Origin: an uncultured Bacteroidales bacterium
GTDB lineage: Bacteria > Bacteroidota > Bacteroidia > Bacteroidales > Paludibacteraceae
DNA length: 64,000 nucleotides
Assembly: GCA_902785605.1 (NCBI GenBank)
Contig: CACZZL010000008.1
Coordinates: 8,538-72,537 of the forward strand
Direction: 5' to 3'
How positions within the stretch are numbered: the first letter of the stretch is position 1; each line of letters opens with the position of its first letter. Under the pieces are notes generated by a model. It worked only from the letters and a program-made list of their open reading frames with translations, searched no databases and was not told the DNA's origin. Position numbers and translations under genes: made by a program. Below, in pieces: positions 15,578 to 23,593 of the stretch.

Positions 15578-18082
15578 ATGAGAAAAACATTCACTATGTT
15601 GATTGCCCTTCTGGCGCTCACTGTCAGCACATGGGCACAAGTACCGACTGTCACTTGGGAGAACACAAACCTTCAGAGTGTTGAAGTAGATGGCAGGACT
15701 GACAATTGGAAAACTCAAACAGTCGACAACATCACAATCACAGCCGATGCTCCTGACGAAGGGGATGCAAGTGAGTTATATACTCTATCTGGCAACACTA
15801 CTATCCACATTGCGAACGGTGGAACGCTGACCTTTAGCACTTCTTTAGGCAACTTTACAAGCATTGTTATCACCTGTAACAGTATTTCTAATGCTGAAGG
15901 TAGAGACAGCGGGTGGGCAATGGATGATTCCCACGGTGCCATAGAACTTTCTTGGTCAGGCAACGCTTCATCCGTTACGTTGGCTTCCAATGGTTCTTCG
16001 GCCGATTTCCAAATGAACAATATAATGTTAATTGAGTTTTTCGTGGATGACTCTGGTGCCCCAACTCCATCGGGAACAAGTATCCTTTGGGAAGCACGGC
16101 AAGTAAGCCATGTGTTGTTAGATTGTAGGAATAATGTGACAACACAAAGCACGCATGTAATAAAGAATATTATTACTACATTAGAGAATAAAAATGCTTC
16201 GGCGAATTGTTCATTCTATGAAGGAACCGTTATACTGGAATATACAGGAGAAGAACATGACCAAATTTCTTTCCAATCCATTGTGGGAGAGCTCACCGAG
16301 ATCGTCATCACATGTAATGCAGTCGCGAGTGCAACTGATCTTTCTACCGGTTGGAATTATGATGATGATAAAACCATTACGTGGAATGGTTCTGCATCTG
16401 AAAGCGTAACCCTCTCAGGAAATCTTAATTTCTCAATAGAGTCTATTGAGTTCTCCTACTCCCCAGCAGAGGCTCCGAATCTGGGCGATAGGTTTATAGG
16501 TCCGTATAATGTGGCTTACAAAGTTACAGGTGCACACACGGTTTCTGTACCAGCACAAACATTTGAAGGTACATTGCAGATATCTGAGACCGTAACTTAT
16601 TTAGGCGATACCTACTATGTGACTGAGATTGAAGAGAATGCTTTCTACAATAAAAACGTATCTAATATTTTGTATGGCGCGAACATTGCCAAAATCGGAG
16701 CACATGCTTTTGATGGCTGTACCCATATGACCGATGTTCTATTAACCAGCGAGGTATTGGATGAAATCGGCGAAGCAGCATTCAATAACTGCCACTTGAT
16801 GGCTAACTTTGATTGCTATACCCAACTGCCGCCTGTACTTGGCAACTACGCTTTTAACGGTACAACATATTTGAACCGTATTCGTGTTATAAACTCAGAT
16901 GCAGTAACTGCTTATCAGGCTACCAATTGGTCTAATTACGGTGCCACGATTTGTGCAAATTATGTTGCTCCTTCTATCAATGAACAGTTCTTCTGGACTA
17001 ATCAGACGACTGCCAATTGGTTTGCTGTCTCACAAGTATCGCCAACTAAAGAGGTAAAGGTAATGCAGTATCCTGCTGCTGTAAGCACTATCTATCCTGT
17101 CACGCGCACAGGTACACTGATTATTCCTGAAGAAGTACAGTATCTGTACAACGCATACCAGGTAACATGTATCGGTGAAAATGCATATAAAGATGAAACA
17201 GAAATAGACATGGTAATAATACCGCTTGCCGTAACATCCATCGAAGCCGGCGCATTCCAAGGCTGTAGCGGCGTTACTACCGTGCAGTTCTTGTCGAGCA
17301 ATCCGAACTCTATCACTTGGGCGGACAAAGGCGTAGGCGCAGAGTTCAAGACTGCTGCTAACGGAGGTACAAAGATTGTTGTTCCGGAAGGATCATTAGA
17401 CGCTTATAAGGCATGGGCTCCCGCATGGGCAGCCTGCATGACAGAAGGCGCAATCGTGGATGTTACAGCCGCTGCTCCGGACGCAGAAGACACCGAGCAT
17501 ATCGGACGCTTCTATCGCACATTCTATGATGGTTCTACCGACTACATGTTGCCTCCAAGCGTTTGGGCACACGTAGGCTATGTGCGGAACAACGAATTCA
17601 TCCTGCGTCCTATCGCTTTCGACGGACAGATTGTACCTCGCGGAACAGCGGTTGTGTTGGAGTCTGAAACACCGACTTACCGCTTGATTCCTATGGGCAA
17701 TAGTGCTCCTCTATATAACGATGAAAACGAACTCGAGGGTACGGATGTGGACATCGAAGTAAGTTCGCTTGGCGCAGATGCAGATAAAGTCTATGTACTC
17801 AATAGGGAGGCTACTCTCGGTGGCAACCGTCAAGTGGGTATGGGTATGTACCGCTATACAGGTTCAACCCTTGGCGCACATAAAGCATACTTGATTTATG
17901 ATGCACCCTCTGGTCCTAACTCTGCTCCGGCACGTTTCGTCTTCAAACATGAACAAACTACGACGGACGTTGAGAATGTACAAAGTGACAAGGTACAATG
18001 TACAAAGGTTATTCGTGACGGTCAGTTGGTTATTATCAAAGACGGCAAGGAGTATAACGCACAAGGTCAAAAACTTCGTTAA
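15578..18082 (+). CDS. BspA-type leucine-rich-repeat surface protein with conserved C-terminal tail
   Basis: Signal peptide MRKTFTMLIALLALTVSTWAQ. LRR_5-like repeats (ENAFYNKNVSNILYGANIAKIGAHAFDGCTHMTDV, IGENAYKDETEIDMVIIPLAVTSIEAGAFQGCSGV). Tail is VQCTKVIRDGQLVIIKDGKEYNAQGQKLR. Confidence 0.8.
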   Translation: MRKTFTMLIALLALTVSTWAQVPTVTWENTNLQSVEVDGRTDNWKTQTVDNITITADAPDEGDASELYTLSGNTTIHIANGGTLTFSTSLGNFTSIVITCNSISNAEGRDSGWAMDDSHGAIELSWSGNASSVTLASNGSSADFQMNNIMLIEFFVDDSGAPTPSGTSILWEARQVSHVLLDCRNNVTTQSTHVIKNIITTLENKNASANCSFYEGTVILEYTGEEHDQISFQSIVGELTEIVITCNAVASATDLSTGWNYDDDKTITWNGSASESVTLSGNLNFSIESIEFSYSPAEAPNLGDRFIGPYNVAYKVTGAHTVSVPAQTFEGTLQISETVTYLGDTYYVTEIEENAFYNKNVSNILYGANIAKIGAHAFDGCTHMTDVLLTSEVLDEIGEAAFNNCHLMANFDCYTQLPPVLGNYAFNGTTYLNRIRVINSDAVTAYQATNWSNYGATICANYVAPSINEQFFWTNQTTANWFAVSQVSPTKEVKVMQYPAAVSTIYPVTRTGTLIIPEEVQYLYNAYQVTCIGENAYKDETEIDMVIIPLAVTSIEAGAFQGCSGVTTVQFLSSNPNSITWADKGVGAEFKTAANGGTKIVVPEGSLDAYKAWAPAWAACMTEGAIVDVTAAAPDAEDTEHIGRFYRTFYDGSTDYMLPPSVWAHVGYVRNNEFILRPIAFDGQIVPRGTAVVLESETPTYRLIPMGNSAPLYNDENELEGTDVDIEVSSLGADADKVYVLNREATLGGNRQVGMGMYRYTGSTLGAHKAYLIYDAPSGPNSAPARFVFKHEQTTTDVENVQSDKVQCTKVIRDGQLVIIKDGKEYNAQGQKLR

Positions 18083-18125
18083 TCGTGCGTAAGCTAAGAA
18101 ATCATAAAATAAGGAGGACACTACT

Positions 18126-18275
18126 ATGACAAAAAATGTGTATATACAGCCATCCGTCAAGGTTACGGAGATGGTAATGATTCAAACACTCTGCGCCAGT
18201 GGAGGAGGAAACACTCAGAATCCCGGAGTTCCGCTTTCTACCTTTACAAACGCAACAACGGATATACAACTATAA
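18126..18275 (+). CDS. candidate 49-aa small ORF with Shine-Dalgarno-like AAGGAGG
   Basis: Below the track cutoff. AAGGAGG at 18111-18117, 8 nt before the ATG. The ORF reads MTKNVYIQPSVKVTEMVMIQTLCASGGGNTQNPGVPLSTFTNATTDIQL. A terminator follows at 18339-18366. Confidence 0.3.
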   Translation: MTKNVYIQPSVKVTEMVMIQTLCASGGGNTQNPGVPLSTFTNATTDIQL

Positions 18276-18338
18276 CCGAGGCTCTTTATTTCCTCAGGGA
18301 GACCTCGACGGAGGGGAAACACAATCCCAAGTAACGAA

Positions 18339-18366
18339 AGCACTCGCAATTTGCGGGTGCTTTTTA
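18339..18366 (+). terminator. intrinsic terminator after the LRR gene / small ORF
   Basis: AGCACTCGCA, then ATT, then TGCGGGTGCT (9 of 10 paired), followed by TTTTT. Confidence 0.65.
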
Positions 18367-18441
18367 CGTGAAGATGAGGGCTGCGAATCATAAAAATTTT
18401 CTTATCCTAAAATAAGTTGACACTAATAAAGGTGTCATTAC

Positions 18442-18464
18442 AAAGTGACCAAGTAACTAAGTAC
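18442..18464. repeat. 23-nt direct repeat, copy 1
   Basis: AAAGTGACCAAGTAACTAAGTAC is identical to 18873-18895. Confidence 0.9.
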
Positions 18465-18550
18465 AAAGAAACAAATCGGGCGGCTCAATGAATGAGCCGC
18501 CCGTGTGTTGTGTCCAGATAATCATAGATGTATTGCTTAAACATCTTATA

Positions 18551-18620
18551 AGTGCTGAAAATGTGTAAAAATCACAAAATATAGTGCCAAAAATGTGTAA
18601 AATTACACAAAAATAGTACC
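18551..18620. repeat. 32-nt tandem repeat x2.2, each unit holding a TGTGTA..TACACA-type dyad
   Basis: AGTGCTGAAAATGTGTAAAAATCACAAAATAT, then AGTGCCAAAAATGTGTAAAATTACACAAAAAT, then AGTACC. Confidence 0.8.
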
Positions 18621-18872
18621 GTAGAGGTCAAATCGGCCACACGTATCAGCGGAGGAAGTCTCGCATCTTATACAAGCCGTTATAATCCTTCCCTGCGTGT
18701 ACGTTTATCAATGAATAATCTGCAATATAATGGAGGCTTGATAAGTATTCCTCTTCCGTTAGCAGACTGGATTATACGATTAATAGTAATGATATAATAT
18801 TTTTTTCCATAATAGATAATAGATCTTCATCCTCCGCGGCGAGAAGGTTTACAATGCACAGGGCGCGTTAGT

Positions 18873-18895
18873 AAAGTGACCAAGTAACTAAGTAC
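18873..18895. repeat. 23-nt direct repeat, copy 2
   Basis: AAAGTGACCAAGTAACTAAGTAC is identical to 18442-18464. Confidence 0.9.
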
Positions 18896-18906
18896 CAAGT
18901 ACATAG

Positions 18907-18934
18907 AAAAAACGTCACTTCGGTGGCGTTTTTT
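18907..18934. terminator. bidirectional terminator-like hairpin with no gene to terminate
   Basis: AAAAAACGTCACTTCGGTGGCGTTTTTT. The stem is ACGTCAC/GTGGCGT with a TTCG loop, an A-run before and a T-run after. Confidence 0.6.
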
Positions 18935-18975
18935 CGTGCGAAGAGAAATAAATTGGAAGATTTATTCACTAAAAC

Positions 18976-19007
18976 TTGCACATGTCATTTTTTTGTTGTA
19001 CCTTTGT
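18976..19007 (+). promoter_or_regulatory. sigma-A promoter of hflX
   Basis: TTG at 18976-18978 and TACCTTTG at 18999-19006. The ATG at 19021 follows, so the leader is very short. Confidence 0.7.
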
Positions 19008-19020
19008 ACCCGAATAATTT

Positions 19021-20247
19021 ATGATAGAAATAAAACCATACATAGAACATGCCGTTTTGGTGGGATTGATCACGCCTAACCAACCGGAAGATAGGACGAA
19101 GGAGTACCTGGATGAGTTGGCGTTTTTGGCTGATACACACGGTATTGTGCCCGTTAAGCGCTTCACCCAGCGGTTGAATCTGCCTATTACGGCCACCTAT
19201 GTGGGTGAAGGTAAGTTGGAAGAGATAGACCAGTATATCCAAGAGCATCATCCGATTGATGTGGTCATCTTTGATGACGAGTTGAGTCCGCGGCAGATAC
19301 GTAATATTGAGAAAGCGCTGAATCATAAAGGGCAGCCTGACGTGCGCGTCATTGACCGGACGATTCTTATATTGGAGATCTTCTTGCAGCGTGCCCAGAC
19401 GAGTTACGCCAAGACGCAGGTGGAAATGGCGCACTTGCAGTATATGCTTCCTCGCTTGACGCGTATGTGGTCGCACTTGGACCGTCAGCGAGGCGGTGGT
19501 GGCACCAACCGAGGTATGGGTGAGACCCAGATAGAGGCGGATAAACGGGTTATCGGACAGCGTATCGCGTTGTTGCGGGAGCAACTCAAGACGATTGATA
19601 AGCAGATGGCTACGCAGCGGCAACATCGCGGTAAGATGGTGCGCGTAGCGTTGGTCGGATATACCAACGTCGGCAAATCGACGCTGATGAACCTGCTGAG
19701 TAAGAGCGATGTGTTCGCGGAGAACAAACTGTTCGCGACCCTCGATACCACTGTCCGCAAAGTGACCATTGAGAACCTGCCTTTCCTGCTGAGTGATACG
19801 GTAGGATTCATTCGTAAGTTACCTCACCATTTGGTGGAATCGTTCAAATCCACGCTGGACGAGGTGCGCGAAGCCGACCTGCTGATCCATGTGGTGGACA
19901 TCAGCCATCCGAATTTTGAGGAGCAGTACGAAGTGGTGCAACAGACGATTGCGGACATCTGCAAAGAGGACAAACCGACGATCGTGATCTTCAATAAGAT
20001 TGATAATTTTACGTATGTGCCCAAAGAGGAAGATGACCTTACGCCTATCCAACGGGAGAACCTGTCGCTGGAGGACTTGGAGAAGACCTGGATGTCCCGT
20101 CTGGGCGATGACTGCATCTTCATCTCGGCCAAGAACAAGAATAATATAGACGCCTTGCGTGCGCTGATGTATGAACGCATCAAAGCGATACACGTGAAGC
20201 GTTATCCGTATAATGATTTTCTTTTTCAACAGTATGAGAACGATTGA
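19021..20247 (+). CDS. hflX: GTPase HflX
   Basis: HflX N-domain text (YAKTQVEMAHLQYMLPRLTRMWSHLDRQRGG). G-domain motifs GYTNVGKST, DTVGF and NKID. Confidence 0.9.
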   Translation: MIEIKPYIEHAVLVGLITPNQPEDRTKEYLDELAFLADTHGIVPVKRFTQRLNLPITATYVGEGKLEEIDQYIQEHHPIDVVIFDDELSPRQIRNIEKALNHKGQPDVRVIDRTILILEIFLQRAQTSYAKTQVEMAHLQYMLPRLTRMWSHLDRQRGGGGTNRGMGETQIEADKRVIGQRIALLREQLKTIDKQMATQRQHRGKMVRVALVGYTNVGKSTLMNLLSKSDVFAENKLFATLDTTVRKVTIENLPFLLSDTVGFIRKLPHHLVESFKSTLDEVREADLLIHVVDISHPNFEEQYEVVQQTIADICKEDKPTIVIFNKIDNFTYVPKEEDDLTPIQRENLSLEDLEKTWMSRLGDDCIFISAKNKNNIDALRALMYERIKAIHVKRYPYNDFLFQQYEND

Positions 20248-20776
20248 CGAACAAGGCTATCATTTTGAAGAATGGCTGACTCCGAAAGAGATTGCGAAGG
20301 ACGTGCAGCAAGTAGCAGACAAGATTAGTGCGGATTATAAAGACAAAGAGCCGCTCTTTGTGGTGGTGCTTAACGGCGCGTTTGTGTTCGCGTCTGATCT
20401 GCTTCGTGCGTTGGATAACGTGCGCTGCGAAGTCACTTTCATTCGCGTCAGTTCGTATTGGGGCATGTCCTCTACCGGACAGCTGGAGTTTATTGTTCCG
20501 CTGCAGCAGGTAGTGGACAACCGCGATGTGATCATTGTGGAAGACATCGTGGATACCGGTTTGACCATTCACCAGCTCAAAGCGCACCTGCGCGGACTCG
20601 GCGCTACGTCCGTTCGCGTGGCTTCTATGCTGTTCAAACCCAATAAGTTGGAGTACGAAGATGCCAAACCCGACTATGTCGGACATGAGATAACGGATGA
20701 GTTCGTCATTGGCTACGGCCTTGATTTTGACGGCTTCGTCCGTAACTTAGATGCAATCTATAAAGTCAAAGAATAG
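20234..20776 (+). CDS. hpt: hypoxanthine phosphoribosyltransferase
   Basis: ATG 20234 (MRTIDEQGY). PRPP motif VIIVEDIVDTGLT. It overlaps the hflX end by 14 nt. Confidence 0.85.
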   Translation: MRTIDEQGYHFEEWLTPKEIAKDVQQVADKISADYKDKEPLFVVVLNGAFVFASDLLRALDNVRCEVTFIRVSSYWGMSSTGQLEFIVPLQQVVDNRDVIIVEDIVDTGLTIHQLKAHLRGLGATSVRVASMLFKPNKLEYEDAKPDYVGHEITDEFVIGYGLDFDGFVRNLDAIYKVKE

Positions 20777-20800
20777 TTTAACAATTTAACTTTTAACACC

Positions 20801-22582
20801 ATGAACGAAGAATTGAAAAAAGTAATGGAAGTCGCTGAGGTGTGGACTCGCGAACCGTTTGATGCACAGACACGCGCAGAGGTGAAAGCCCTCATGGACG
20901 CAGAGGACAAGACCGAACTCATTGACGCATTCTATCGTACCCTCGAATTCGGTACCGGCGGTTTGCGCGGTATCATGGGAGTAGGTACCAACCGAATGAA
21001 CAAATACATTGTGGCACAGGCTACCCAGGGTTATGCGAACTACCTGCTCAAGGTGCAGCGTGAAGGTGGTTTTGAGCACGTACAGAACGGCCAGGTGGCT
21101 GTTGTGGTAGGTCACGATTGCCGTAACAACGGTCGTCTCTTCGCAGAGACCGTAGCCAACGTCTTCTCGGCTAACGGTATCAAGGTGTACCTGTTCGAGT
21201 CGCTCCGTCCGACTCCGGAGGTTAGTTTCGCTATCCGTCACCTCAAATGTCAAGGTGGTGTGAACGTAACCGCTTCGCACAACCCGAAAGAGTACAACGG
21301 ATACAAGGCTTACTGGGAGGATGGTTCGCAGGTGCTCCAACCGCACGATCAGGGTATCATCGACGAGGTGAACAAAGTGCGCATGGAGGATGTGAAGTGG
21401 GAGGCTAACAAGGACCTCATCGAGATCATCGGTGGTGAGATGGATTACGATTACATGATGGCAGTTAAGGATGTTATGATCGACCAAGACTCAATCCTCC
21501 GTCAGAAAGACCTCAATATCGTTTATACCCCGATGCACGGAGCAGGCCGTCAGATTGTGCCGATGTGTCTCCGCAGTTGGGGATTCCAGAACATCCACGT
21601 AGTGCCTGAGCAGATGGTGATTGACGGTAATTTCTCGACCGTTGTATCTCCGAACCCCGAGAACGCTGAGGCTATGACGCTGGGTATGAAACTGGGTACG
21701 AAACTGGGTGCTGACCTCGTGATCGCTTCCGACCCGGATGCTGACCGTATCGCTATCGTTTGCCGCGACAACAAGGGCGAGTGGGTGATCATCAATGGTA
21801 ACCAAACCAACATCATGTACCACTACTACATTATCAATAACATGAAGCGTCTGGGCAAGTTGCGCGATGACATGTACATCGTGAAGACCATCGTAACCTC
21901 AGAGCTCATTCGTAAGATTGCTGATGCACAGGGTGTTACGCTGACCGATGAGTACACGGGCTTCAAGTGGATTGCGAACCGTATTCGTATGTGGGAAGGC
22001 AAACGCAAATATATCGGTGGTGGTGAGGAGAGTTTCGGCTTCCTGCCGTACGACGCTGTTCGCGATAAATGTTCGCCTTCGGCTATCTGCCTCATCTGCG
22101 AGATCGCTGCGTATGCGAAAGACAACGGCATGACGCTGTATGACTACCTGCTCAAGATCTACGAGGACTACGGCTTCCAGCGTGAGACGACGATCAACGT
22201 CGTTCGTCCGGGTAAGAGCGGTGCAGAAGAGATTGCACAAATGATGGTGGACTATCGTGCGAATGCTCCGAAGGAGATCGCAGGCGAGAAAGTAGTGAAG
22301 ATCAAAGACTTCAAGTTGCTCAAGCAACAGGAACTCAAGGACGGTAAGTGGGTTGAGAGCGCTATCGAGATGCCGCTCAACGCAACGAGCAACGTACTCC
22401 AGTACTTCACCGAAGGTGGTCTGAAAGTATCTGTTCGTCCTTCCGGAACTGAGCCGAAGATCAAGTTCTACTTCGAGATCCCGGTGAAGAGCGGCAAGCC
22501 GTTCACGGGTGCAGACTACGAGCGTTGCACCGCCGAAGCCGAAGCCCGCGTTCCCGCTATCAAAGCTTCGCTTGGTTTGTAA
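20801..22582 (+). CDS. phosphoglucomutase/phosphomannomutase-family phosphosugar mutase
   Basis: Active-site TASHNPKEYNGYK. Metal loop ASDPDADR. GGEESFG sugar-binding loop. Confidence 0.85.
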   Translation: MNEELKKVMEVAEVWTREPFDAQTRAEVKALMDAEDKTELIDAFYRTLEFGTGGLRGIMGVGTNRMNKYIVAQATQGYANYLLKVQREGGFEHVQNGQVAVVVGHDCRNNGRLFAETVANVFSANGIKVYLFESLRPTPEVSFAIRHLKCQGGVNVTASHNPKEYNGYKAYWEDGSQVLQPHDQGIIDEVNKVRMEDVKWEANKDLIEIIGGEMDYDYMMAVKDVMIDQDSILRQKDLNIVYTPMHGAGRQIVPMCLRSWGFQNIHVVPEQMVIDGNFSTVVSPNPENAEAMTLGMKLGTKLGADLVIASDPDADRIAIVCRDNKGEWVIINGNQTNIMYHYYIINNMKRLGKLRDDMYIVKTIVTSELIRKIADAQGVTLTDEYTGFKWIANRIRMWEGKRKYIGGGEESFGFLPYDAVRDKCSPSAICLICEIAAYAKDNGMTLYDYLLKIYEDYGFQRETTINVVRPGKSGAEEIAQMMVDYRANAPKEIAGEKVVKIKDFKLLKQQELKDGKWVESAIEMPLNATSNVLQYFTEGGLKVSVRPSGTEPKIKFYFEIPVKSGKPFTGADYERCTAEAEARVPAIKASLGL

Positions 22583-23225
22583 TATCGGAAATAACGAGCG
22601 ATGTGAGTGTCATGCCAAACACGGCAGTCACTTGCATCAATGAACCTCGTGTCTCACAGCGCTGTGCCTGTTCTAAGGAATAGACACAGCGTATTTTTTT
22701 GGAGGGATAGCGATCTAACTTTTTCATGCGTGCCCGTACCGCTTTGGCAAGTGCGTCACCTTTGATGGACATCAGTTCACCGGTAGTGACCTGCGTGGGA
22801 TCCAGACGCAGCGCGGCTCCCAGGGAGCAGAAGATCTTGAGCCCGCGCACGCGCGACGCGTATAGTATAAGGTCGGTCTTGGCCTGTACATCATCGATAG
22901 CATCGATGACGTAGTTGAAAGTTGAAAGTTGAAAGTTGAAAGAACCGTCTTTCGACATCCCTTTCTCGCCGTAGTAAGCGTGTATCGCCTCGATCTCGGC
23001 ATCGGGATTGATCTCCAGAAGGCGCGCTTTGAGGGCTTCCACTTTGGGCATGCCCAGGGAGGCTTGGGTAGCAGGCAGTTGTCGGTTCAGGTTAGAGGCT
23101 TGGACGGTGTCGCCATCCACGATGGTGAGATGAGTCAGACCGGTACGAATCAACGCTTCGGCGCACCAGGATCCCACACCGCCGATACCAAAAAGTATGA
23201 CACGTTTGCTTTGCAGCAGTGTCAT
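22560..23225 (-). CDS. tcdA: tRNA threonylcarbamoyladenosine dehydratase (ThiF-family)
   Basis: Start at ATG 23225 (MTLLQSKRVILFGIGGVGSWCAEAL ... DGDTVQASNLNRQ). It carries the in-frame GTTGAAA x4 repeat. Confidence 0.8.
   Translation of the reverse strand: MTLLQSKRVILFGIGGVGSWCAEALIRTGLTHLTIVDGDTVQASNLNRQLPATQASLGMPKVEALKARLLEINPDAEIEAIHAYYGEKGMSKDGSFNFQLSTFNYVIDAIDDVQAKTDLILYASRVRGLKIFCSLGAALRLDPTQVTTGELMSIKGDALAKAVRARMKKLDRYPSKKIRCVYSLEQAQRCETRGSLMQVTAVFGMTLTSLVISDITNQAKL
22914..22941. repeat. GTTGAAA x4 heptamer repeat inside tcdA
   Basis: gttgaaagttgaaagttgaaagttgaaa, encoding FNFQLSTFN on the minus strand. Confidence 0.9.
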
Positions 23226-23268
23226 ACTTTTTTCGCCCAATAGGGCTGTAGTTCTACTAAACATAGAA

Positions 23269-23463
23269 TTACATATCGTCGTGAGCGTGCAACGACTGCA
23301 CATACTTCGCATGCGCCATCTTAACTCGTTTGAGCTCGCTCGGTTTGTCGAATTGTTGACGACGACGGAGTTCTTTTACGACACCCGTCTTATCGAATTT
23401 GCGTTTGAATTTCTTAATCGCGCGCTCGATGTTCTCACCTTCTTTAACAGGAACGATAATCAT
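23269..23463 (-). CDS. rpsU: 30S ribosomal protein S21
   Basis: Start at ATG 23463. MIIVPVKEGENIERAIKKFKRKFDKTGVVKELRRRQQFDKPSELKR is typical bS21 text. Confidence 0.9.
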   Translation of the reverse strand: MIIVPVKEGENIERAIKKFKRKFDKTGVVKELRRRQQFDKPSELKRVKMAHAKYVQSLHAHDDM

Positions 23464-23562
23464 TGCATTCACCTCCTTTCTTGTACCCAGGGCCGGGATC
23501 GAACCGGCACGGTTTCCCATTGGTGTTTGAAGTACTGCTTTTTTTTGGAATACGCAAATTTT
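23464..23562 (-). promoter_or_regulatory. rpsU promoter and leader with a perfect Shine-Dalgarno and a tRNA T-arm-like hairpin
   Basis: The minus strand reads TTTGCGTATTCCAAAAAAAAGCAGTACTTCAAACACCAATGGGAAACCGTGCCGGTTCGATCCCGGCCCTGGGTACAAGAAAGGAGGTGAATGCAATG. AAGGAGGTGA lies 5 nt before the ATG. GCCGGTTCGATCCCGGC is a canonical T-arm. Confidence 0.6.
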
Positions 23563-23593
23563 TTTGTATTTTTTTTTGCAGAAAGTGTTATTT

